A stretch of 33,644 nt of DNA from Sphingomonadales bacterium (GTDB lineage: Bacteria; Pseudomonadota; Alphaproteobacteria; Sphingomonadales; Sphingomonadaceae): the NCBI GenBank assembly GCA_031361925.1, contig JANLRW010000191.1:1-33644 (forward strand). The letters are read 5' to 3'. The number at the start of each line of letters is the position of its first letter. Position 1 is the first letter of the stretch. Shown here piece after piece: positions 16,774-24,978 of the stretch. The notes under the pieces were generated by a model. It saw nothing but the letters and a program-made list of their open reading frames with translations, was not told where the DNA came from and did no database searches. The position numbers were made by a program, and so were the translations under genes.

Positions 16774-18044
16774 CCGAAACCAAACGCATCCTCCTGATCG
16801 TGTCTGGCGGCATTGCGGCCTACAAATCGCTCGAACTGGTGCGCCTACTCAAACGCCAAGGGATCGCAGTTCGCGCGGTGATGACGCAGAGCGCTACCGA
16901 ATTTGTCACCCCGCTGTCGATGGGCGTGATGACCGAGGATCAGGTCTACGGCGATATGTTCGACCTAAAGGAAGAACGCGAGATCGGGCATATCCAGTTG
17001 TCACGTCAGGCTGACCTTATTGTCATTTGCCCGGCAACCGCAAACATCCTGGCGAAAATGGCGGCGGGGGTTGCCGATGATCTGGCGACGACAATATTGC
17101 TCGCCACCGACAAGCCGGTATTGGCGGTCCCCGCTATGAATGTGCGGATGTGGAACCATCCGGCGACGCAGCGCAACCTCAAGCAATTACGCGCTGACGG
17201 TATCAGTATCATGGACCCCGATGAAGGCGCAATGGCCTGCGGTGAGTTCGGCCCCGGACGCCTGCCCGAACCGCCCGCGGTTGCTGAGCGTATTTGCGCG
17301 ATGCTGGGCCATCCGTTCGACGCGGCGCTCACCAGCGGACGCGCGCCAAGCACGATCCCAAAAGCGCTGGAAGCACAACCCGACTTCGCCGACGAAAACC
17401 ACCGCCGGCTATTCGGTAAGCATGTGCTCGTGACCGCTGGCCCGACTTATGAAGCCATCGACCCGGTTCGCTATATCGCGAACCGCTCGTCCGGGCGGCA
17501 GGGGTTTGCCATTGCCGCTGCTGCTGCTGAAATGGGGGCTGAGGTAACCTTGGTCGCAGGGCCGGTTCACCTCGTCACTCCGCCCGGCGTCATCCGCATC
17601 GACGTCGAAAGCGCGCTGGAAATGCAGGGAGAGGTAGAAAAAGCGCTCCCCGCCGATGTCGCAATCCTCGTTGCTGCCGTAGCTGACTGGCGCGCAGCCG
17701 AGGTTCCGGAACAGAAAATCAAGAAAGCGGGCAAAGCGCCTGCCCCGCTGACATTAACCGAAAATCCTGACATTCTCGCAAGTCTTGCTATTCATAAGCA
17801 GCGACCGAAGCTGCTGATCGGCTTTGCTGCGGAGACCGAGAAGATTGTCGAACATGCCACCGCAAAGCTCGCCAAAAAAGGCTGCGACTGGATTGTTGCC
17901 AATGATGTTTCGGGAGACGTGATGGGCGGCGATAACAATGCGTTTCATGTCGTCACCAAAGACGGCGTTGAAAGCTGGCCCGACAGCCCCAAGGACGTGA
18001 TCGCACGCAAGTTAATGGAGAAGGTCGCCGATGAAATCGGGTGA
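16770..18044 (+). CDS. coaBC: Bifunctional phosphopantothenoylcysteine decarboxylase / phosphopantothenate-cysteine ligase
   Basis: [56 protein letters not shown]. Start ATG 16770 (MTETKR). Confidence 0.97.
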   Translation: MTETKRILLIVSGGIAAYKSLELVRLLKRQGIAVRAVMTQSATEFVTPLSMGVMTEDQVYGDMFDLKEEREIGHIQLSRQADLIVICPATANILAKMAAGVADDLATTILLATDKPVLAVPAMNVRMWNHPATQRNLKQLRADGISIMDPDEGAMACGEFGPGRLPEPPAVAERICAMLGHPFDAALTSGRAPSTIPKALEAQPDFADENHRRLFGKHVLVTAGPTYEAIDPVRYIANRSSGRQGFAIAAAAAEMGAEVTLVAGPVHLVTPPGVIRIDVESALEMQGEVEKALPADVAILVAAVADWRAAEVPEQKIKKAGKAPAPLTLTENPDILASLAIHKQRPKLLIGFAAETEKIVEHATAKLAKKGCDWIVANDVSGDVMGGDNNAFHVVTKDGVESWPDSPKDVIARKLMEKVADEIG

Positions 18045-18489
18045 AACCCCGCCGGTTGAAGTCCGCGTCAAACGCCTGCTCAATGGTGCTGGCCTACCCT
18101 TGCCCGATTATGCCAGCAAGGGTGCGGCGGGGATGGACATTTGCGCCGCCGAAAGCGTCATCTTGCGTGTCGGCAAACGGCTTGCCGTCGCCACCGGCTT
18201 CGCCTTTGCCATTCCTCACGGTTACGAAGTGCAAGTCCGCCCGCGTTCTGGCTTGGCGCTGAAAAACGGTGTGACCTGCCTCAACACACCGGGCACCATC
18301 GACAGCGACTATCGGGGCGAGGTGAAGGTCATCTTGGCCAATCTGGGCGACGATGATTTCCAGATTACCAAGGGCGACCGCATCGCGCAAATCGTGGTCG
18401 CGCCGGTGACGCACGCGGCGATGGTCGAGGTGCACGAGATTGACGAAACGGCGCGCGGTGTGGGGGGATTCGGTTCTACCGGTGTATGA
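18031..18489 (+). CDS. dut: dUTP diphosphatase
   Basis: [38 protein letters not shown]. Confidence 0.98.
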   Translation: MKSGETPPVEVRVKRLLNGAGLPLPDYASKGAAGMDICAAESVILRVGKRLAVATGFAFAIPHGYEVQVRPRSGLALKNGVTCLNTPGTIDSDYRGEVKVILANLGDDDFQITKGDRIAQIVVAPVTHAAMVEVHEIDETARGVGGFGSTGV

Positions 18490-19247
18490 GTCTTAGCGAC
18501 CTGCAACTCGACCGTTATGCCCGCCATATCGTGCTGCGCGAAATTGGTGGCGCAGGACAGGCAAAGTTGCTGTCCAGCCATGTGCTGTTGGTCGGTGCTG
18601 GCGGGATTGGGTGCCCTGCGATCCAGTATCTGGCAGCGGCGGGGGTCGGCACGATCAGCGTTATAGATGACGATGTCGTATCGCTGTCTAATCTCCAGCG
18701 GCAAATCCTCTATTCCGCCAATTTGGCCGGTTCACCCAAGGTGCATGCGGCGGAAATGGCGGTCAATATACTCAATCCGGATGTAAAATTCCGGGCATTG
18801 CGGCACCGCCTGACTGACCAGAATGGCGCGCATTTTCTGAACGGCGTTGATGTCGTTATCGACGGTAGCGATAACTTCGCCACGCGGCTGATCGTCAACG
18901 ACCTCTGCCTCGCCGCCCGTGTTCCATTGGTCAGCGCGGCCATCGGCCAATTCCACGGGCAGATTGCCACCTTCACCGGTTGGCACCCCGATGCGCCGTG
19001 CTACCGCTGTTTTGTCGGCGACGCGCATGACCCCGACGACTGCGACGACTGCGCCACACAAGGCGTTTTGGGCGCAATGTGCGGCCTGATGGGCAGCTTT
19101 GCCGCGATGGAAGCAATCCGCGTGCTCACAGGCTTCGGAACGGCGCAGACGGGCAAGCTGCACATCTTCGACGGCATGGCACCGGCAATGCGGACAATTT
19201 CGTTGCCGAAAGATCCAGCCTGTTCGAGCTGTGGATCAGCCGCCTAA
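18486..19247 (+). CDS. moeB: MoeB/ThiF family adenylyltransferase
   Basis: [32 protein letters not shown] and CSSC zinc motifs. Confidence 0.88.
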   Translation: MSLSDLQLDRYARHIVLREIGGAGQAKLLSSHVLLVGAGGIGCPAIQYLAAAGVGTISVIDDDVVSLSNLQRQILYSANLAGSPKVHAAEMAVNILNPDVKFRALRHRLTDQNGAHFLNGVDVVIDGSDNFATRLIVNDLCLAARVPLVSAAIGQFHGQIATFTGWHPDAPCYRCFVGDAHDPDDCDDCATQGVLGAMCGLMGSFAAMEAIRVLTGFGTAQTGKLHIFDGMAPAMRTISLPKDPACSSCGSAA

Positions 19248-19949
19248 AATCTGCTCCACCCACTGCGGCACCAACTCCGTTGCAGGACCATGTCGCGCTT
19301 CGTCAAACCAGTGGCTGCCCTGCGATGGCTCCAGATTTAGTTCCAACGTCCGCACCCCCTGCTTACGCGCCTCGCGCACCAGGCCGGCCGCCGGATAAAC
19401 CGCGCCCGACGTGCCGATGCTCACAAACAAATCCGCCCGGTTCAGCGCTGCGTAGATTTCCTGCATCCGGTAAGGCATTTCGCCGAACCAGACAATGTCA
19501 GGCCGCAATTTCCCGGCGATTCCGCACGCCGGACAGCTCGGCCGCTCCGATAAAGTCCCGCGCCATTGCGACCGCATGTCACACGCTAGGCACCAGGCGT
19601 TCAGATGCTCGCCGTGCATATGTAGCAAGCGCTTCGCCCCTGCCCGCTCGTGCAAGTCATCGACATTTTGCGTGATGATCAGAAGGCCGCCTTCCCACTC
19701 CGCATCGAGCCGCGCCAGTGCGTCATGTGCTGCATTCGGCTCGACCTCCTGAATGCGCGCGCGGCGCATGTCGTAAAAACGCAGCACTAAATCGGGATCG
19801 CGGGCAAAAGCTTCCGGCGTCGCGACGTCCTCGACGCGGTGCTGTTCCCATAGCCCGCCTGCACTGCGGAAGGTGTCAATTCCGCTTTCCGCGCTCACGC
19901 CCGCGCCGGTAAGAATCACTATGTTGCGAATGGGCTTCATCTGCCGCAT
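19236..19949 (-). CDS. cobB: NAD-dependent protein deacylase (class III sirtuin)
   Basis: GAGVSAESGIDTFR, YDMR (YxxR), TQNVDDLHERAG, HG, CLAC/CPAC, RPDIVWFGE, GTSGAVYPAAG. Start 19949 or 19940. Confidence 0.95.
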   Translation of the reverse strand: MRQMKPIRNIVILTGAGVSAESGIDTFRSAGGLWEQHRVEDVATPEAFARDPDLVLRFYDMRRARIQEVEPNAAHDALARLDAEWEGGLLIITQNVDDLHERAGAKRLLHMHGEHLNAWCLACDMRSQWRGTLSERPSCPACGIAGKLRPDIVWFGEMPYRMQEIYAALNRADLFVSIGTSGAVYPAAGLVREARKQGVRTLELNLEPSQGSHWFDEARHGPATELVPQWVEQILGG

Positions 19950-19978
19950 GAAGCACAGATTATATTTACAGGGCAATC

Positions 19979-20716
19979 ATGACAGCAATCGGTATCGTTG
20001 GCAGTGCAGGACGCATGGGACAGGCTTTGGCTGAGGCCATCACGGCGGCAGGTCACACCCATGCAGGCGGTGTCGATCAGGACGGTGATCTGGGCGCTTT
20101 GGTTGCCGCATCGGACGTGCTGGTCGATTTCTCCGACCCGGATGCGCTAGAGGCCACGCTCGACGCCTGCGTCGCGGCAGGCAAGCCCGTCGTCATCGGC
20201 ACCACCGGGCTTGAAGAACGCCATCATTATTTGATCGACAACGCCGCGCGCGATATCGCGGTGCTTCAGACCGGGAATACCTCGTTAGGCGTCACGATGC
20301 TCGCCGCACTGGTCGCCCAGACCGCCGCACAGCTGGGTGACGATTGGGATATCGAAATCGTCGAAATGCACCACCGCGATAAGGTAGACGCACCGTCGGG
20401 CACAGCGTTGCTGCTCGGCGAGGCCGCCGCGAGGGGCCGCTGTATCGACCTCAAGACCCACAGCGAACGCGGCAGAAACGGCATTACCGGCGCGCGCGCG
20501 CGTGGCACTATTGGCTTTGCCTCCTTACGCGGTGGCAGCGTCGCCGGCGACCACATGGTCATCTTCGCGTCGGACAACGAACGGATCGAACTCACCCACC
20601 GCGCCGACAACCGTGCGATTTTCGCCAAGGGTGCGGTGAAGGCGGCGGTGTGGCTGACGGCACAAAAAACCGGGCGTTATGCCATGGAACAAGTGCTCGG
20701 ATTGCAACCCAGTTGA
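19979..20716 (+). CDS. dapB: 4-hydroxy-tetrahydrodipicolinate reductase
   Basis: GSAGRMG, VDFS, IGTTG, EMHHRDKVDAPSGTA. Confidence 0.97.
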   Translation: MTAIGIVGSAGRMGQALAEAITAAGHTHAGGVDQDGDLGALVAASDVLVDFSDPDALEATLDACVAAGKPVVIGTTGLEERHHYLIDNAARDIAVLQTGNTSLGVTMLAALVAQTAAQLGDDWDIEIVEMHHRDKVDAPSGTALLLGEAAARGRCIDLKTHSERGRNGITGARARGTIGFASLRGGSVAGDHMVIFASDNERIELTHRADNRAIFAKGAVKAAVWLTAQKTGRYAMEQVLGLQPS

Positions 20717-21024
20717 TGCCAGAGCGTTGGTAACAAATAGGCCAGCGATGCGTGCCAACAACCGGGCGACGGCGGACTGCGCTCGGCTCGGTTTGTTATC
20801 AAATTTGCGTGATGCGATGATGTATTTTGGTCGGCAAAGCGAAGGATATGCACGATGAAACATGCTTTCATGCGCTGAACGCGCTTTCGCAACGGCCGTT
20901 GGAAAAAAATACTATTTTTTACACGCAAGAAAATCATTATTATTGTGATGGTTGTAGCCGTAATCTCTAAACACCCTGCGATATGCGGTTTAACGGCTTG
21001 CGGTTGAGTATCTATCCCATAACC

Positions 21025-21033
21025 TGTGGATAA
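21025..21033 (-). promoter_or_regulatory. Perfect DnaA box upstream of the mipZ-like gene
   Basis: TGTGGATAA on plus equals TTATCCACA on minus; 40 bp upstream of ATG 21074. Confidence 0.75.
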
Positions 21034-21073
21034 CGTTGCATCGGCAATTCCGAGTCGGCGATGAGGGGGAGTA

Positions 21074-21973
21074 ATGACAAACACGACATCGACGGCTGTG
21101 GCCGACCAGTCCAATTGGCTGCTCAACGATAAAGCGGGCGACGGATCAAATGGCGATTGCGCGCTGGTCATGTCGCGCGAACTCAAGGCGCGACCGCAAT
21201 CGCGTGGCCATGTCATCGTCTTTGCCAATGAAAAAGGCGGCGTCGGCAAATCGACCTTTGCTTTCCATGCCGGCATGGCGTTGTGCCACGCCGGACACAC
21301 GGTTGCCGCGATCGACCTAGACAGTCGGCAGCAGACGTTGTCGCGCGCGCTAGAAAACCGCGAAGGCACTGCACGACGGTTAAAAATCGAACTTCCGCGC
21401 CCGAAAAATGTGACGCTACGCCATCAGACCGGTGCCGCGCTCCATCAGGAAATCGCGCGGATCGGTTGGGATGCAGACTATATCCTGATTGATGCACCCG
21501 GCCATGATTCGCCCATGGCGCGGCTTGCCATTGCGATGGCCGACACTTTGGTCACGCCGGTAAACAGCTCGTTTGTCGATCTGGATTTGCTCGGGCAGTT
21601 TGATCCGATAACCATGAAGCTGAAACGCTTTGGCAATTTTTCCAAGCTTGTGCAGGAGATGCGCGAGGTCAGGGATTATCAAGGAAATCCGCCAGTCGAC
21701 TGGATTGTCGCGCAAAACCGGCAACGCAGATTGGGCAGCCACAATCAGTCCCGGGTGAAACAGGCGCTTGAAGAACTGGCTCCGAAGGTCGGCTTCCGGC
21801 TGACCGATGGACTTGGTGAGAGGGTCGCCTACCGCGAGCTCTTTCTGCTTGGGATGACGGTATTCGACCTGAAGTTGATTCCCCAATTCGCGCGGGCGCA
21901 ACCCGAAGCCAAGGCCGAGATGCAAAAGATGGTCGCCGGATTAAGGTTGCCGGTGATGGAGACTGTTCGCTAG
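21074..21973 (+). CDS. mipZ: MipZ-family ParA-like ATPase with N-terminal extension
   Basis: VFANEKGGVGKST, IDLDSRQ, ENR, IDAPGHD, ADTLVTPVNSSFVDLDLLG, DWIV..NR, GFR...GLGERVAYRELF..G; RBS GGGGGAG. Confidence 0.85.
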   Translation: MTNTTSTAVADQSNWLLNDKAGDGSNGDCALVMSRELKARPQSRGHVIVFANEKGGVGKSTFAFHAGMALCHAGHTVAAIDLDSRQQTLSRALENREGTARRLKIELPRPKNVTLRHQTGAALHQEIARIGWDADYILIDAPGHDSPMARLAIAMADTLVTPVNSSFVDLDLLGQFDPITMKLKRFGNFSKLVQEMREVRDYQGNPPVDWIVAQNRQRRLGSHNQSRVKQALEELAPKVGFRLTDGLGERVAYRELFLLGMTVFDLKLIPQFARAQPEAKAEMQKMVAGLRLPVMETVR

Positions 21974-22120
21974 CACGTAAGGCCCGAAGGCAACCACGCC
22001 AGCGCGGAAATTGGTTAAACCAGTCGGTCCAACCCGCGATTATAGTCATAATTCGCAATTGCTTATGGACAATCCCGTGACGCCCGCTAATTTTTGTGTG
22101 GGGATTACGGGGAAATCATC

Positions 22121-23206
22121 ATGGAACCAGAAATTGAGCCGCGCGACCGGTTCGGCTTTGGCGGCAACTGGCGTGAATTTGCGCCGATCGCGCTGACCAA
22201 TGCGTTGCTGACGGTTGTCACGTTGGGCGTTTACCGGTTCTGGGCGATCCGGCGCGAACGCGAATATTTGTGGAGCCGCACCTGGCTGCTCGACGACTGG
22301 CTTGAATGGACGGGAACCGGCAAAGAGCTGTTCGTCGGTTTCCTTTTTTCAGCGTTGCTGATCGGTGTGCCGTTGCTGATCCTACAGTTCGGTATCCAAG
22401 CGCTGGCGCTACGCGGTTATCAAATCGCTGCCATCGTCGGCAGCGTGGTCACGCTGTTGTTTTTGAACTTCATCATCGGGGTGGCCCGCTTTCGCGCGCT
22501 TCGCTACCGATTGAACCGGACTTATTGGAAGGGCATCAGGGGCGGGTCGGATGAGCCCGGCTGGACTTACGGATTGTCAAATCTGTGGAAATGGGTCGTC
22601 AATTATGTGAGCCTTGGTTCGGCCGTCGCGTGGACGATGACGACATTGTGGAATGACAAATGGAACCACATGAGCTTTGGCAACGCGGCGTTCCGTTCCG
22701 AAGCAAAGGTGCGGCCGGTGCTGGTGCCCTTCATTTTCCTCTATCTCACGCCGATCCTGCTGCTGATCGTATCGGCCACCTTCATCATCGTGCAAGGGAC
22801 GATGATCGACAATGTCTATATCTATATGGATGCGCCGCCGGCTTTCCGGATCGGCTTTTTCATCATGATTGCCTTTCTGGTCTACACGCTCATCTCGCTG
22901 ATTTTCGTGATTTATTATGCGGCGTTTTTTAGGAACGCGATTTCGCAACTGTCGTTGGGCGAACTGCAATTTTCATTCGAGGCCGAGGGCGGCGAATGGT
23001 TCATCCTGTTTCTGGTCGATGCGCTCATCATCATCAGCACATTGGGCATCGGCGCGTTTTTTCTAGGCTACCGCCACTGGTCGTTCTTTGCCAAACATCT
23101 CGCAGTTCACGGCGAGCTCGACGAAGCCGGTTTGCAGCAAACCACCACCAAAGGCGAGCGCTACGCCGACGGCTGGCTCGACGCGATGGACATCGGGGCG
23201 TTTTAA
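22121..23206 (+). CDS. YjgN/DUF898 family inner membrane protein
   Basis: F.F.G..., NALLTVVTLGVYRFWA, YLWSRT, WTGTGKELF.GF, RYRLNRT.W.GIR, C-terminal D.GAF. Start ATG 22121. Confidence 0.88.
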   Translation: MEPEIEPRDRFGFGGNWREFAPIALTNALLTVVTLGVYRFWAIRREREYLWSRTWLLDDWLEWTGTGKELFVGFLFSALLIGVPLLILQFGIQALALRGYQIAAIVGSVVTLLFLNFIIGVARFRALRYRLNRTYWKGIRGGSDEPGWTYGLSNLWKWVVNYVSLGSAVAWTMTTLWNDKWNHMSFGNAAFRSEAKVRPVLVPFIFLYLTPILLLIVSATFIIVQGTMIDNVYIYMDAPPAFRIGFFIMIAFLVYTLISLIFVIYYAAFFRNAISQLSLGELQFSFEAEGGEWFILFLVDALIIISTLGIGAFFLGYRHWSFFAKHLAVHGELDEAGLQQTTTKGERYADGWLDAMDIGAF

Positions 23207-23357
23207 AGAGCGTTTTGAACGCGAACTGGGTTGATTGAACAAACCGGACGAAGGGGTTTGATTTATTGTTGTTTTCGTTTGATTGTATATCGGGATGAAT
23301 ATCCGGAGATTGGGGGACCAACTATTGTGGCGCTCATCGAACCGTCAGCTTGCTCGG

Positions 23358-23519
23358 TCATCGACAACCCAAGGTTCTTACTCTCCATTGGCAGGTAATC
23401 ATAACCGTTTGCAGGATACGCGAAATCACGCGATCTGCGACCCGCTCGTCATCCAACGCTATCTAGTCATAAATGCCACGCAGGTCATCGCGTGCCTGTG
23501 GCGTGAAATTAACGTTCAA
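23358..23519 (-). pseudogene. ParE/RelE-family toxin pseudogene (internal stop, C-terminal half lost)
   Basis: From TTG 23519: MNVNFTPQARDDLRGIYD*IALDDERVADRVISRILQTVM. TAG lies at 23463-23465. ParE-like pattern ends near 23400 and the frame closes at 23358. Confidence 0.8.
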
Positions 23520-23688
23520 GACCGAGTTCGCGCCACACTTTATTGGCAGGGATCATCTTGTCGCAGTCCCTAGATTGTTCCAGACCAGCCTCGACCTTGG
23601 CCCGCTTCCATGACGCATAGCCGCGCTCGGCTGCGCCATCGTGGTCGGTAACTTTCTCCGCTTCGGGGCGCGCTTTGACTGCCATCAT
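23509..23688 (-). CDS. Small putative antitoxin
   Basis: 59 aa: MMAVKARPE...YASWKRAKVEAGLEQSRD..KMIPANKVWRELGLER. It overlaps the start of the ParE-like frame, the usual type II antitoxin layout. Confidence 0.7.
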   Translation of the reverse strand: MMAVKARPEAEKVTDHDGAAERGYASWKRAKVEAGLEQSRDCDKMIPANKVWRELGLER

Positions 23689-23729
23689 ATGACAATGTTC
23701 GATTCGTTGGACAGGCGCAACCATAAAAA

Positions 23730-23744
23730 GAACATAAATAGAAC
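23730..23744. promoter_or_regulatory. Alphaproteobacterial LexA (SOS) box
   Basis: GAAC-ataaata-GAAC is an exact GAAC-N7-GAAC direct repeat with AT-rich spacer and flanks. Confidence 0.82.
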
Positions 23745-23786
23745 ATTTTTCTTGCAAAGTAGGATTTCGTCTGATGTAAGCTTGGA

Positions 23787-24209
23787 ATGACCTACCGATC
23801 AAAACGCACCCCCATTGGTGAAACCATCGCCCCGCAATTCACCCCTGTTCCCATGCTGCGCAACCGGCACGATGGCTGGACGCCCGAGCGACAGCGCATG
23901 TTTATCATGGCACTGGCGGTGGTGGGTCAGGTCGAGGCTGCGTGCAAGATGGTCAAGATTTCGCGCAAATCTGCTTATGCGCTGCGCGACCGCCCCGGTG
24001 CTCAGAATTTTGCATGGGCTTGGGATGTGGCGATTGCCTCAGGACGCGCCAGAATGTTCGATTATCTTTTCGACCGCGCGGTCAACGGCATTACCACCAT
24101 ACGGGTGCGATCAGGCGGTGCGGTCGATGTTTCGCACGGGCTGGATGGAAAGCTTGTCGCCGCAGCACTGACTGCACCGCTTCCCGGCGAGGACCGGTTC
24201 AAGCCGTAG
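23787..24209 (+). CDS. HTH protein resembling phage/GTA small terminase subunits (RHDGWTPERQ type)
   Basis: RHDGWTPERQ..FI.ALA..G.V..AC..V..SRKSAY.LR...F..AW..AI..G......L..RAVNG. Confidence 0.75.
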   Translation: MTYRSKRTPIGETIAPQFTPVPMLRNRHDGWTPERQRMFIMALAVVGQVEAACKMVKISRKSAYALRDRPGAQNFAWAWDVAIASGRARMFDYLFDRAVNGITTIRVRSGGAVDVSHGLDGKLVAAALTAPLPGEDRFKP

Positions 24210-24259
24210 GGTGACAAAGGTAACAGTGAAAACCGCTTTTCATGTGGAACTTTGTCACC
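24210..24259. repeat. 50-bp imperfect inverted repeat between the HTH gene and nth
   Basis: GGTGACAAAG (24210-24219) pairs with CTTTGTCACC (24250-24259); inner TGAAAA-ccgc-TTTTCA (24227-24242). Confidence 0.8.
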
Positions 24260-24276
24260 TTAAAGACGTCCGGATA

Positions 24277-24960
24277 ATGAAAAAAGCCGACATCTTCGAA
24301 TTCTACCGGCGGCTGGCGGAGGCCAATCCTTCGCCCGAGACCGAGCTTGCTTATGGCAATGTCTATCAGTTGCTGGTGGCGGTGGTATGTTCGGCGCAAT
24401 CAACCGATGTGGGTGTGAACAAGGCGACACGCGCGCTGTTTTCCGACGTCAAAACGCCTGCACAAATGGTCGCCTTGGGGGTCGATGGACTGAAGGCGCA
24501 TATCAAGACAATCGGTCTGTTCAACGGCAAGGCGAAGAATGTGATCGCCTTGTCAGAGATATTGGACCGCAAACATGGGGGCGAGGTTCCCGCGGACCGC
24601 GATGCGCTGGAGGCGCTTCCGGGCGTCGGTCGGAAGACCGCTAATGTGGTAATGAACACCGCGTTCGGGGCGGAAACTTTTGCCGTCGATACGCATATCT
24701 TCCGTGTAGGTAATCGCACCGGATTGGCCCCCGGCAAGACTGTGCTTGCGGTCGAAAAGGCGCTCGACAAGCGGACGCCTCAGCCGTTTCGCATCGGCGC
24801 GCACCACTGGTTGATTTTGCATGGTCGCTATGTTTGCAAGGCGCGGACGCCCGAATGCTGGCATTGCCCAGTTGTCGATTTGTGCCGTTTCAAACAGAAA
24901 ACGGCTGCGCCTAAAGCCAAGTCAGGCAAAGTTCATGTGGGTCGGTCTAACGATATCTGA
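24277..24960 (+). CDS. nth: Endonuclease III
   Basis: LLVAVVCSAQSTD, HhH LPGVGRKTANVV, VDTHIFRV, 4Fe-4S motif C-x6-C-x2-C-x5-C. Start ATG 24277. Confidence 0.97.
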   Translation: MKKADIFEFYRRLAEANPSPETELAYGNVYQLLVAVVCSAQSTDVGVNKATRALFSDVKTPAQMVALGVDGLKAHIKTIGLFNGKAKNVIALSEILDRKHGGEVPADRDALEALPGVGRKTANVVMNTAFGAETFAVDTHIFRVGNRTGLAPGKTVLAVEKALDKRTPQPFRIGAHHWLILHGRYVCKARTPECWHCPVVDLCRFKQKTAAPKAKSGKVHVGRSNDI

Positions 24961-24978
24961 GTCGTTTTGGAGATGGTT

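Noticed and set aside
20717-21073. oriC or parS upstream of mipZ
   Set aside because: Only one clear DnaA box, better explained as a promoter element. No GTTTCACGTGAAAC parS palindrome is present.
23217-23240. Three GAAC words after the DUF898 stop as a second SOS box
   Set aside because: Spacings are 2 and 10 nt, not 7.
23283-23573. 96-aa plus-strand ORF
   Set aside because: Antisense to the ParE remnant and antitoxin, which explain the sequence better.
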